NCBI GenBank assembly: GCA_029261655.1
Contig: JAJDAY010000025.1
Span: forward strand, 36,390 to 100,389
Direction of reading: 5' to 3'
Length of the DNA stretch: 64,000 nt
Source: Nitrospinaceae bacterium
GTDB taxonomy: Bacteria; Nitrospinota; Nitrospinia; Nitrospinales; VA-1
Numbering within the stretch: position 1 is the stretch's first letter; each line of letters opens with the position of its first letter. A model generated the notes under the pieces. The model searched no databases. It had not been told where the DNA came from and saw only the letters and a list, made by a program, of their open reading frames with translations. A program made the position numbers and the translations under genes. Shown here piece after piece: positions 26,541-35,492 of this stretch.

Positions 26541-27206
26541 TCAGTCATTCGCGACAAACAAATCTGTCTTCACCGCCTGCATGGCCTGCAAGCGTTTTGA
26601 GTCTTGCATGATCTGTAAGCCTTCGGGATCGAGTTTATTATATGTCAGGTTGAGGGTCGTTAAGCTTGGAAGCCCTGTGGATTGGGCAAAAGCCGCCATA
26701 CCGTCGTAGCCGATACGGTTGGCGTCCAGATGCAGAACCTTCAGGTTTTTTAAATGTGTGGAGTTGGCAAATGCGATCGCACCCTGGTCGCCAATCCGGT
26801 TGAACGAAAGATCCAGAGTTTCCAGATTGCCAAGCGAGGAAGACTCAGCCAAAGCGACCGCCCCTTCGTCGCTGATCCGGTTGGTGTACAAGCTCAGGTA
26901 TTTTAATCCGGTCAGTTGCGGAGATTCCGCCAGTGCCTGGGCCCCGTCGTTGCCGATCAGGTTTTCGTACAACCACAATTCTTTAAGAGTTTCAAACAGT
27001 TCCGATTGAGCCAGCTCTTCCAATCCTATGTCTTTAATTTTGTTGGTGTGCAGGTATAAAATTTCAAGGTCTGGAACCGCCATATTCTCGGCAATTTCCA
27101 GAGCCTCCGGGTTGCGGATGCCTTTTCCTGAAAGATCGAGCGTGAGTCCGTCCTTACTGATGCCTTTACGCAACCACTTACGAATGTAGGAGATATCGTC
27201 AGCCAT
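26541..27206 (-). CDS. ribonuclease-inhibitor-type leucine-rich repeat protein
   Basis: LKELWLYENLIGNDGAQALAESPQLTGLKYLSLYTNRISDEGAVALAESSSLGNLETLDLSFNRIGDQGAIAF. Its stop lies 3 nt before the next LRR gene's start. Confidence 0.85.
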   Translation of the reverse strand: MADDISYIRKWLRKGISKDGLTLDLSGKGIRNPEALEIAENMAVPDLEILYLHTNKIKDIGLEELAQSELFETLKELWLYENLIGNDGAQALAESPQLTGLKYLSLYTNRISDEGAVALAESSSLGNLETLDLSFNRIGDQGAIAFANSTHLKNLKVLHLDANRIGYDGMAAFAQSTGLPSLTTLNLTYNKLDPEGLQIMQDSKRLQAMQAVKTDLFVAND

Positions 27207-27283
27207 GAATTTTATGGAATGGGTTAAAGGTTTTTATTCTAGCGATGTCCCTTGAAAAGTAAAGAATTAATATAAAGCAAAGA

Positions 27284-28906
27284 ATGCTATTCTTTCGGCT
27301 TATGAGTGCGATTGTCATCTTCAAAGAAAAACATCGTCGTCTCGAAACTCTGGGCATTGCAGTGAGCTTTATCCTGATGGGGATACTGGTCGCCTGCTCC
27401 GATGTCAAAGTCGATAAGGAACGTTCCTTCCGCATGGCGGTCCGGGCCGAACCGCCCACTTTGGACTGGACGCTGGCCACCGACAGCATATCCGTCAATC
27501 TGCTCACCAACCTGATGGAAGGGCTCACCCAATATAACGCCGACTTGGAACCCATTCCCGCCGTGGCCAAACGCTGGGAGTTTTCTGAAGAAGGAAGGGT
27601 CATCACTTTTTATCTGCGCGACGATGTGTTCTGGAGCGATGGCAAACCCGTCACCGCCCAGGACTTTGAGTATTCCTGGAAACGACTGCTCAATCCCCGA
27701 ACCGCCGCGCAATACGCTTATTTTTTATTTGACCTTGAAAATGCCGCCGAATTCAACGCGGGAAAAATCACCGATCCCTCCAGGGTGGGGGTACGCGCAA
27801 TTTCCCCTCTGGTGCTTGAAGTCCGCCTGAAAAAACCGGTGGTGTATTTTCCCAGCATCACCACCTTCATGGTGACCTTCCCGCAACGCCAGGACATCAT
27901 CGAGAAATATGGCGATCAATGGACAGACCCCGAACACATCGTGACCAACGGCCCGTTCATCCTTTCCGAATGGAAGCACGAATACAAACTGATCTTAAAA
28001 GCCAACGACCGGCATTACGAAGGCCGTCCCGCAATCGACCGGGTTCTGGTGTATGTGGTGGAAGAGCCGACCACAGCGTTGACGCTTTTTGAAACCGGGG
28101 AGCTGGACATACTGGAACTGCCGCCGGTCGCCATTCCACATTATAAAAATGATCCGCAATTCACCCGCAAACCCCAGCTGCGCGGTTATTATTACGGGTT
28201 CAACGTTAACAAGCCTCCCTTCGACGATGTGCGCGTCCGTCAGGCGTTCGCGCACGCCATCGATCGTTCCCGCATTCCCGTTATCTTAAAAGGCGGCGAG
28301 ATTCCAACGTCCTCGTGGATTCCCAAAGGCATGTTCGGCTACAACCCGGACATCGGGCTCAAGTTCGACCCGGAAAAAGCGCGACAGCTGTTGGCGGAAG
28401 CCGGTTATCCAGGGGGGGAAAACTTCCCAAAAACACAAGCCATGTTCAACACCGAAAGTCGCAACCAGCTCATTGCCGAGTTTTTGCAAGCCCAGTGGAA
28501 GCAACATCTCAAGTTGGACATTGAGTTAGAAAGCCAGGAATGGAAGGTGTTTCTCAATCGTTTGCAGATGGACGCGCCGGCCCTGTTCCGCCTGGGCTGG
28601 GGAGCGGACTTTCCCGACCCCGACAATTTCATGAACCTGTTTATTTCCACCAGCGGCAACAACCGTCTGGGATGGTCCAACGCTCTATATGACGAACTGG
28701 TGGCCCAAGGCCCCGTCATCCGCGAACCTGAAAAGCGACAAGCCCTTTATGACCGGGCGCAAACGATTTTAACCGAAACAGACGCCGCGATGATCCCGCT
28801 TTTTATTCAGGTACAGAACATGCTCATCAAACCCCACGTCAAAGGGCTGGAAATGAATTCGATGGAACTGCTTTATATCAAGAGGATTCGTCTTGAACCG
28901 TCCTGA
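27284..28906 (+). CDS. ABC-transporter substrate-binding lipoprotein, family 5 (peptide/nickel type)
   Basis: Lipobox LVAC. The mature region has the typical OppA/DppA-family layout (LTQYN..LEPIPAVAKRWE, WSDG.PVTAQDF). Exact start uncertain. Confidence 0.85.
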   Translation: MLFFRLMSAIVIFKEKHRRLETLGIAVSFILMGILVACSDVKVDKERSFRMAVRAEPPTLDWTLATDSISVNLLTNLMEGLTQYNADLEPIPAVAKRWEFSEEGRVITFYLRDDVFWSDGKPVTAQDFEYSWKRLLNPRTAAQYAYFLFDLENAAEFNAGKITDPSRVGVRAISPLVLEVRLKKPVVYFPSITTFMVTFPQRQDIIEKYGDQWTDPEHIVTNGPFILSEWKHEYKLILKANDRHYEGRPAIDRVLVYVVEEPTTALTLFETGELDILELPPVAIPHYKNDPQFTRKPQLRGYYYGFNVNKPPFDDVRVRQAFAHAIDRSRIPVILKGGEIPTSSWIPKGMFGYNPDIGLKFDPEKARQLLAEAGYPGGENFPKTQAMFNTESRNQLIAEFLQAQWKQHLKLDIELESQEWKVFLNRLQMDAPALFRLGWGADFPDPDNFMNLFISTSGNNRLGWSNALYDELVAQGPVIREPEKRQALYDRAQTILTETDAAMIPLFIQVQNMLIKPHVKGLEMNSMELLYIKRIRLEPS

Positions 28907-28927
28907 TATTCCCAGAAAAAATTTCTA

Positions 28928-30394
28928 ATGACTGCCCCCCTCAAGGAAAATACTGATAAAGCGGAAAAACTGGTGAAGAATTCCATCTGGTTGTTCACCG
29001 CGGAAGGCTTTTCCAAAATCATTGCGCTCATGACCCAGATTTTTGCCGCCCGGTTCCTGGGGGGAGAGGGTTACGGCATTTTCAGCGTGGCCTTTGCCTT
29101 GACCGGGGCCTTCATCGTGTTCATCGACACCGGCCTTGGCACTTTCATCACTCGTGAAGTCAGCCGCCATCCAGAAACCTTTGCCACCTGCCTGCGCAAT
29201 GTTTTCAGATTGAAGTGGAAATTATCTCTTGGGACCAGCTTTGTTTTAGGCGCGGGGTTGGCGATGGCTTCTCTGGGGCAGGAAAGTTTTTTCTCTGCCA
29301 TCGCGATCGGGCTGGCTCTGATGATCAACGGTTATACGGAAATGTACCTGGCCGTATTCCGGGCTTTTGAGCGCATGCGAATCGTGTCGATTTTAATGGT
29401 TTCCCATAGAGTCCTGTTTTTTATTCTGGGACTGGCCGTGTTGATATGGGGAGGGGATGTCGTTTTATTCTCATCAACGTTTCTTCTCGTCTCCCTGATA
29501 CTTCTGATCGTCACCCGACAGCAGGCGAACCTCAAGCAGAGTCCTCCCACTACAATGCCCAAAGATCAACAGGCTATCGAGATTTTCAAGGAATCTTTAC
29601 CCATTTGCGGATTGATCTTATTCACCTATATTTATTTTCGCAGCGACGCCGTCCTGGTTTTTTTCCTGCTCGGAAAACTGGAGGCAGGATTGTATTCCTC
29701 CGCGTTCAAATTAATTGAAACGCTTTCCTTACTCATTGCCAGCATCCGGCTCGGGGTTTTTCCAGTGTTGTCGAAAACTTTCAAGGAAGGGAGCGATCAT
29801 TACCAAAAAATCTGGCAGGAAACCACCCGTTATTTATTTCTGATCAGCATCCCCGTGTCCGTCGGCATGATTCTACTTGCCTCGCGGATTCTCGGCCTGC
29901 TTTACGGGACCGCTTTTGAAGCTGCGGGACCGGTTCTACAGGTCATGGCTCTTGGGTTTCCCCTGCTGTGCTTAAACGACCTGGCTTCCTATCTGCTGTT
30001 GTCGCAAGACAAAACCCGAAGTGTCTTACGGATCACAGGGGGAGCGGCCCTGTTCAATCTGGTTCTCAACTTTTTTCTGATACCCAAATGGGGGTTGATC
30101 GGCGCGGCCTGGGCCATCACGCTGACCCAGGGATGGGTGTTCTCTGCGTACTATTTAAAGGTCCGGGAAATCTGCGGTCAAACGGGAATCCCTAATTTGC
30201 TCTGGCGGCCCGTGCTGGCCTCCCTTGGAATGGCAATGCTATTGATTGGCTGGGACTCCCTGCCGTTGATTTTGGCGATTCTATTGGGGGGGACGGTCTA
30301 TGTTTCCGCCTTGCTTGCTTTCAGGACGTTCAATGATTTTGATCGTCTGGTTTTCAGCCGAATTTTTAACCGGGACTCGCAGATCGAACGTTGA
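28928..30394 (+). CDS. polysaccharide/oligosaccharide flippase (MOP superfamily, Wzx-like)
   Basis: About 12-14 TM segments. The N-terminus, KNSIWLFTAEGFSKIIALMTQIFAARFLGGEGYG, is typical of the polysaccharide biosynthesis protein family. Confidence 0.8.
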   Translation: MTAPLKENTDKAEKLVKNSIWLFTAEGFSKIIALMTQIFAARFLGGEGYGIFSVAFALTGAFIVFIDTGLGTFITREVSRHPETFATCLRNVFRLKWKLSLGTSFVLGAGLAMASLGQESFFSAIAIGLALMINGYTEMYLAVFRAFERMRIVSILMVSHRVLFFILGLAVLIWGGDVVLFSSTFLLVSLILLIVTRQQANLKQSPPTTMPKDQQAIEIFKESLPICGLILFTYIYFRSDAVLVFFLLGKLEAGLYSSAFKLIETLSLLIASIRLGVFPVLSKTFKEGSDHYQKIWQETTRYLFLISIPVSVGMILLASRILGLLYGTAFEAAGPVLQVMALGFPLLCLNDLASYLLLSQDKTRSVLRITGGAALFNLVLNFFLIPKWGLIGAAWAITLTQGWVFSAYYLKVREICGQTGIPNLLWRPVLASLGMAMLLIGWDSLPLILAILLGGTVYVSALLAFRTFNDFDRLVFSRIFNRDSQIER

Positions 30395-30417
30395 TTTTGG
30401 ATCCAGCGTCACGCTGG

Positions 30418-31644
30418 TTAAACGAGGGTTTTCTTGATGGCTGTCAGGACCTGCTCGAAACTGTCGAGAAACTCGTTCTCATCGTGCACATGAACGCGGA
30501 AAGACACCGCTCCGGCATGACCGCCACCGCCCATGTATTTGTCCTGGAAAACGTCTCTTAAATGACTCTCGGTGGTTCTGAGGTCAATTCCTGAATAATG
30601 GCCGGAGCACCGGATTTTTATATAAATACAGTCTTTATCCTCCGCATTTTTGCCATGAAAATAAACACACCCCAGTTTCGTGGAGGATGTGGAGTCTTCG
30701 GAAATCTGGCTCAACAGAAAACCAATGATATAGGTGAACCAGGGAGAATCGAAGGGCCGGCAGTACTCCTCGACTTCGGGATAAATCGAGTTCAACAGGT
30801 TCAGCGATTCCACATCGCCATCCTCCACCCCTCGTTCCTTCAGGGCGTTGATACATCTCGCCTGTTCTGTGGAAAGCCGGGTCAAATGTTTCTGGATCTG
30901 CTGGGGATTCGCAAACTTGGTTTTTCTGTCATCTCCGGGGCGTGCGCCATTGGGTTTTCGCAAACGTGTATTTCTTTTGAGTTTATTTCCCAGGGTTCCC
31001 ACCCATTGAACGTAACTTTGTTTATGGGAAACCACCCGTCCGCCCATCGTGTCCCCTAAAATACCGGTCAGGATGCTGATAACAATATTCCTCTGGTTAA
31101 AAGGGTGCGGCAGGGCCGGGTTTTTTTTGTGGATTTTTTTGAGAAGCTCGCCTGTGATTTCCGTTGTGGCATTGGCGTACTGGTAAAGAGTCACCGCCTG
31201 ATCGGTCAGTTTTTCACTGTCCGCGCCAAAATGATGGTCTATTTCAATGACGGGGACCTTCCTGGAAAGCAGGTGTTCTTTGATAAATGGAAAAAACGGG
31301 ACCAGTTTAGAATTTGCGGTATCGCAGAAAATAACCACGTCGACGCCATTCTTGATGCCGGATATTTCGTCTGTATTACGAAGGGTGTGGATATTGTTGT
31401 AGGCGATCATCTTCTCCAGATGATCCAGGTTTTCTCCGAGCGAACTGGAAAGGACGATGTAAACCTGCTTGCCCATCATTCTAAGGTACAAAGAGAGGGA
31501 CACCATGGCGCCGACGGAGTCAGGATCGATATCGGCGCTGAACAGAAAGGTCTCATTGGATTGGATCAGGGAGGCCGCCTTTTCCAGATTGTCCTCCCAT
31601 AAATTTTTTGCGGTCGGGACTTTTTGTCTCATCATAAAAATCAA
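30418..31644 (-). CDS. DHH/DHHA1-family phosphoesterase (NrnA-like)
   Basis: DPDSVGA, IEIDHHFG, and C-terminal GGGHAGA motifs. Which of the N-terminal Met codons is used is uncertain. Confidence 0.8.
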   Translation of the reverse strand: MIFMMRQKVPTAKNLWEDNLEKAASLIQSNETFLFSADIDPDSVGAMVSLSLYLRMMGKQVYIVLSSSLGENLDHLEKMIAYNNIHTLRNTDEISGIKNGVDVVIFCDTANSKLVPFFPFIKEHLLSRKVPVIEIDHHFGADSEKLTDQAVTLYQYANATTEITGELLKKIHKKNPALPHPFNQRNIVISILTGILGDTMGGRVVSHKQSYVQWVGTLGNKLKRNTRLRKPNGARPGDDRKTKFANPQQIQKHLTRLSTEQARCINALKERGVEDGDVESLNLLNSIYPEVEEYCRPFDSPWFTYIIGFLLSQISEDSTSSTKLGCVYFHGKNAEDKDCIYIKIRCSGHYSGIDLRTTESHLRDVFQDKYMGGGGHAGAVSFRVHVHDENEFLDSFEQVLTAIKKTLV

Positions 31645-31887
31645 TCGGGTTGAAGCGAGTTGCTTATATTATAACGCCTCATGATACGCTTGCGATGACA
31701 GTTTGGTAACCGATCGGTCACAATCCGGGGCATTTGGGCAAGGCCCTGACGGGACCCTGAACAACCCAATAATTATAAGTGGGATTCGTTGTAAATTACA
31801 AGGGAAAACCATTGAAAAATTGGACAATACCTTATTTAAGGCGGGAGTCAGTCTTGAAAAAACCTAGGCGGGATTTAACAAACCCGG

Positions 31888-32316
31888 TCAATATCCGGGG
31901 TCATCGTCGAAAATATCGTTATAATCCTCCGATGTTTCCTCATCGGGAGCCGGGCGGCACCAGTCAAAATCGGAATCTGCCGGGTCTTCATCCTCCATTG
32001 AATCAAGGCTATTGGCTTCCTTGGCCAAAAGGGGGATGGACGGGGAGGCCTGCAAAATGAGATTCGTGCTGTTGCACCGGCAGGTCGACTCCCCCAAGGT
32101 GATTGCAGTGTCCCTGGATAAAAGCAGGGTCATGCCACAGTCCCCGCACACAACTTCCTTGTGGGAGTCCATGAGTTCCATATCGATCAAACCCTCCCGG
32201 CACTGACTGCACACAGCAGGCAATCCGGGCGTATAATCGACGAGCAAATTCTCAATTCCGCAACTTCTGCACGAAATAAGAAGCTCTATGGGTTTCGGTG
32301 ACGACATGAAAAGCAA
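31888..32316 (-). CDS. Cys-rich (zinc-ribbon-like) protein with an acidic tail
   Basis: CRSC...CSQC...CGDC...CRC pairs. C-terminal DEDPADSDFDW...DDDPGY. Confidence 0.5.
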   Translation of the reverse strand: MLFMSSPKPIELLISCRSCGIENLLVDYTPGLPAVCSQCREGLIDMELMDSHKEVVCGDCGMTLLLSRDTAITLGESTCRCNSTNLILQASPSIPLLAKEANSLDSMEDEDPADSDFDWCRPAPDEETSEDYNDIFDDDPGY

Positions 32317-32328
32317 TTCCGGGTGTGA

Positions 32329-32748
32329 TCAGGATTCTGCTTTTTCCTCACCGCCGGCATCAGGCGTGAGTCCCATAGATTTAGCCATTTCTTCACGCGA
32401 CATGCCCCCCATCATCTTTTCCATCATATCAGGAGACATTTCACCCATTTTGGTGATGTCGATTCCCGCTTCCTTGAGAGCGCCGGAAAACGGACACTTG
32501 CTGGCATTGCTTTTGGGAGCCTCAGACTCCTCAGCCTGGGTTCCGGTTTCCCCGGCTTCCAGTTGCCCGGCTTCGGCCAAAACCATCCAGTGCAGGGAAT
32601 CAATCTGTTGATTTTTCTCGCTGGCGTACTTTTTCAGGGTTTCCCTGGTTTCGTCGTGCGTGGAACAGTTGATGGCCTCTTTGTATCTTTCCAGAGCTAA
32701 TTTTTCATGCTCCATAGCCTTTTTTAAGGCTTCGGCGGCAGCGGACAT
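32329..32748 (-). CDS. hypothetical protein with a rubrerythrin/ferritin-like helical N-terminus and a Met-rich C-terminus
   Basis: ALKKAMEHEKLALERYKEA... then MGEMSPDMMEKMMGGMSREEMAKSMG. Confidence 0.55.
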   Translation of the reverse strand: MSAAAEALKKAMEHEKLALERYKEAINCSTHDETRETLKKYASEKNQQIDSLHWMVLAEAGQLEAGETGTQAEESEAPKSNASKCPFSGALKEAGIDITKMGEMSPDMMEKMMGGMSREEMAKSMGLTPDAGGEEKAES

Positions 32749-33015
32749 TGGGCACTCTCCTTAAAATGAATATTATTGCGGATTTAGCGATCCTAGAATA
32801 TAGCAAATATGAGGATAGCATTCAAGGCTATCAATGAGCGAACCTTTTTCCAAACAAACCGATGGTTTACAAATGGCTCCCCAGGACTTATACCTATCAG
32901 GAACAAAATCAGGTGAGAGGATATCTTTCGAAATTATAGAGGGAATCGAAGGAGTGGAAAATAACGCAACTTAAAGCCATATCCGCAAACGAAACCAGGC
33001 TCATGAGGGATCTGA

Positions 33016-34251
33016 ATGGAGAAAGTCACTTGTTTTAGAAATATAGGTCAATTAATTCAGGTGCAATCCGGGGGAGAAACCCCGACGATTGTGAAGAAAA
33101 CCCGGTGCGCCTTATTGGTGAGCCAGGGACGAGTGAAAAAAGTGATCCCGGATTCGGAAGTCCATCTCCATGATTTTTTCAGGGAAGTCGATCTGGCGGG
33201 CCGGGCCGTTCTTCCTGGATTCGTGGACTGCCACACTCACCTCATACACGCTGGCAACCGCAAAGACGAGATGGAACAGCGGATGGCTGGAGCGTCCTAC
33301 ATGGAGATCCACAAAAACGGCGGCGGCATTCTAAGCACCGTCAAAGCCACCCGTCAGGCGACAGAAGACGAGTTGCATGAAACGGCGCGTCTGCGTGTGC
33401 TTCGGATGATGACGCTTGGGACGACGGCGTTTGAAATCAAATCCGGGTACGGGCTCGATCTGGACACAGAAAAAAAGATGTTGCGGGTCGGTCGGCGTCT
33501 CAGAAAAAATCTCAAGATCCCCGTCACCCTCACTTATCTGGGCGCCCACGCAACTCCCAAGGGAAAAACAAGCAACCAGTATTTTGAGTTTGTCATGGAG
33601 CATCTGCCCGAATTTCGCAGCCTGGCTGACGGGGTGGACATTTTCTGTGAAAAGGGCGTGTTCACCGTCGCCCACCTTCGACGGCTTTTCCTGCACGCAA
33701 AGCTGGTGGGGTTTCATCAACTCAGAGCGCATGTGGATGAGTTCTCTCATCAGGGCGGATGCCACAACGCCGCCCGATTGGGCGCTATTTCCTGCGACCA
33801 TCTGGAGCACATCACCCCGCATGACATCCGCGCGCTCCAGCTTGCCGGAACCACAGCCGTGCTCATGCCGGGGGCAAACTTTTCTCTCGGAAGTAAAAAA
33901 ATTCCGCCCGTGCATGCCATGCTAAAAGCGGGAGTGAATTTAGCCCTGGCCACCGGCTACAATCCCGGAAGCCACCCCTCCTACAATATGCAGACGGTCC
34001 TTGGCATGGCCCAGTCTCTATACAGAATCACTCCCGATCAGGCGTTGATCGCGGCCACCCATGGTTCCGCCCGCGCCTTGGACAGCCACGAGGATTTTGG
34101 CGGACTCCGCCTGGACCAACGGGCGGATTTCATCGTGCTCAAAACGGGCGATTACCGTGATCTGTTTTATTGCGTCGGGGAAAATTTCGTCGAACAAACT
34201 TATTCGGCGGGGAAAAAAGTAAAAGGCTGGAAAAACCCGGTGACTTTTTAA
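33016..34251 (+). CDS. hutI: imidazolonepropionase
   Basis: PGFVDCHTHL, GGGILSTVKATRQATEDEL, EIKSGYGLD and DEFS..GG match the HutI pattern. Confidence 0.88.
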   Translation: MEKVTCFRNIGQLIQVQSGGETPTIVKKTRCALLVSQGRVKKVIPDSEVHLHDFFREVDLAGRAVLPGFVDCHTHLIHAGNRKDEMEQRMAGASYMEIHKNGGGILSTVKATRQATEDELHETARLRVLRMMTLGTTAFEIKSGYGLDLDTEKKMLRVGRRLRKNLKIPVTLTYLGAHATPKGKTSNQYFEFVMEHLPEFRSLADGVDIFCEKGVFTVAHLRRLFLHAKLVGFHQLRAHVDEFSHQGGCHNAARLGAISCDHLEHITPHDIRALQLAGTTAVLMPGANFSLGSKKIPPVHAMLKAGVNLALATGYNPGSHPSYNMQTVLGMAQSLYRITPDQALIAATHGSARALDSHEDFGGLRLDQRADFIVLKTGDYRDLFYCVGENFVEQTYSAGKKVKGWKNPVTF

Positions 34252-34299
34252 AAGCAAAATCTTTTCCCCGGGAAGGACCGTATAGAAAGGTTTTTCCCG

Positions 34300-35409
34300 T
34301 CACACCCCGGCCGCTTTTTTGCCTTCAATTTTTTTCAGCAGTCGCGCCACAGCCTGGGCCACATCCTTCACCGTGATGTCTTCCAGGCAGAAAGGCTTGT
34401 TGTGCGATGAAGGTTTGCATTCCTTGAAAAATTTTTGCCGACAGGGAGAGCAGTCAAAATTTTTGCTCACGATTTCAAGTTTCCCAGGGTCCATGAAAGG
34501 CCCGCTGGTCAGAGGACTTCCCGGACCAAAAATGCCCACGACCGAAATGTTCATCATGCTGGCAAGATGCATCATGCCGCTGTCGTTGCCGATGAACAAA
34601 TGACACCTTTCGAGGAGGGCGGCGACTTCCCGCAAATCCATATTTCCAGGCAGGCAAACCACATGCTCAGGTGAAAACCTTTGTATCTGCGCCAGCATTT
34701 GCGCTTCGTTTTCCTGCCCAAGAACAATGATTTTAACAGGATATTCCTTGGCCAGTTTCTGACACAAAATGCCGAACCTCTCGACATGCCAGCCCCTTTC
34801 CGGTTTGGACGTGCCCGGATGAAGGGCGATCAAAAACTGGTTTTCCCGCCAGCCGATTTTTTTTACAAATTCATCGACCGCCTTTTCTTCCCGGTTTTTG
34901 TTCAACGGTAAAAATCCGCGTTCGTCCGGGTTCAGTTTGAGAGTGGATAAAAGGTTGAAAAAATAATCGACCCGGTACTCGGTCCTTTTTGCGTGCGAGG
35001 TGACCTCGACCGCATGGGTTAAAAAAACTTCCCGGCAGTCGGTGGCGTAGCCCAGACGATTTTTTGCGCCAGAGACGGACAGCAAAAAACCACTGTGAAA
35101 GGAATTGGGGAAAACGACTCCAAGGTCGAACTGGTATTTTCTGAGCTTACAGGCAAATCGCAGTCCGGACAGAAAACCTTTTTTCTCACCCGACGGAACC
35201 TGCATCACCGTATCCACCGCCGGATGGCTCAACAGCAGTTGGTCTGCCGGAGCCTTTACCACCGCCGTTATTCTGGAGTGAGGGAATTTTTTCCGCAAGG
35301 CCTGCAAGGTCGGCATGACCAGAATAACGTCGCCGATCCAGTTGGGCATCCACAACAGGATATTGTGAAAATCTTGTTCGTGTAATGGAACGTCTTCTGA
35401 ATCGTGCAT
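34300..35409 (-). CDS. glycosyltransferase family 9 (LPS heptosyltransferase-like)
   Basis: MPNWIGDVILVMPTLQALRKKFP and GNDSGMMHLA motifs. Confidence 0.88.
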   Translation of the reverse strand: MHDSEDVPLHEQDFHNILLWMPNWIGDVILVMPTLQALRKKFPHSRITAVVKAPADQLLLSHPAVDTVMQVPSGEKKGFLSGLRFACKLRKYQFDLGVVFPNSFHSGFLLSVSGAKNRLGYATDCREVFLTHAVEVTSHAKRTEYRVDYFFNLLSTLKLNPDERGFLPLNKNREEKAVDEFVKKIGWRENQFLIALHPGTSKPERGWHVERFGILCQKLAKEYPVKIIVLGQENEAQMLAQIQRFSPEHVVCLPGNMDLREVAALLERCHLFIGNDSGMMHLASMMNISVVGIFGPGSPLTSGPFMDPGKLEIVSKNFDCSPCRQKFFKECKPSSHNKPFCLEDITVKDVAQAVARLLKKIEGKKAAGV

Positions 35410-35492
35410 CGGCTTATCGGCCTTTTAGTGAAAAAGTTTTTCTAGCGAAGCGCAACCCCTGAAGTTTTCCTCTGGTTACCCATTTTCCCGGT

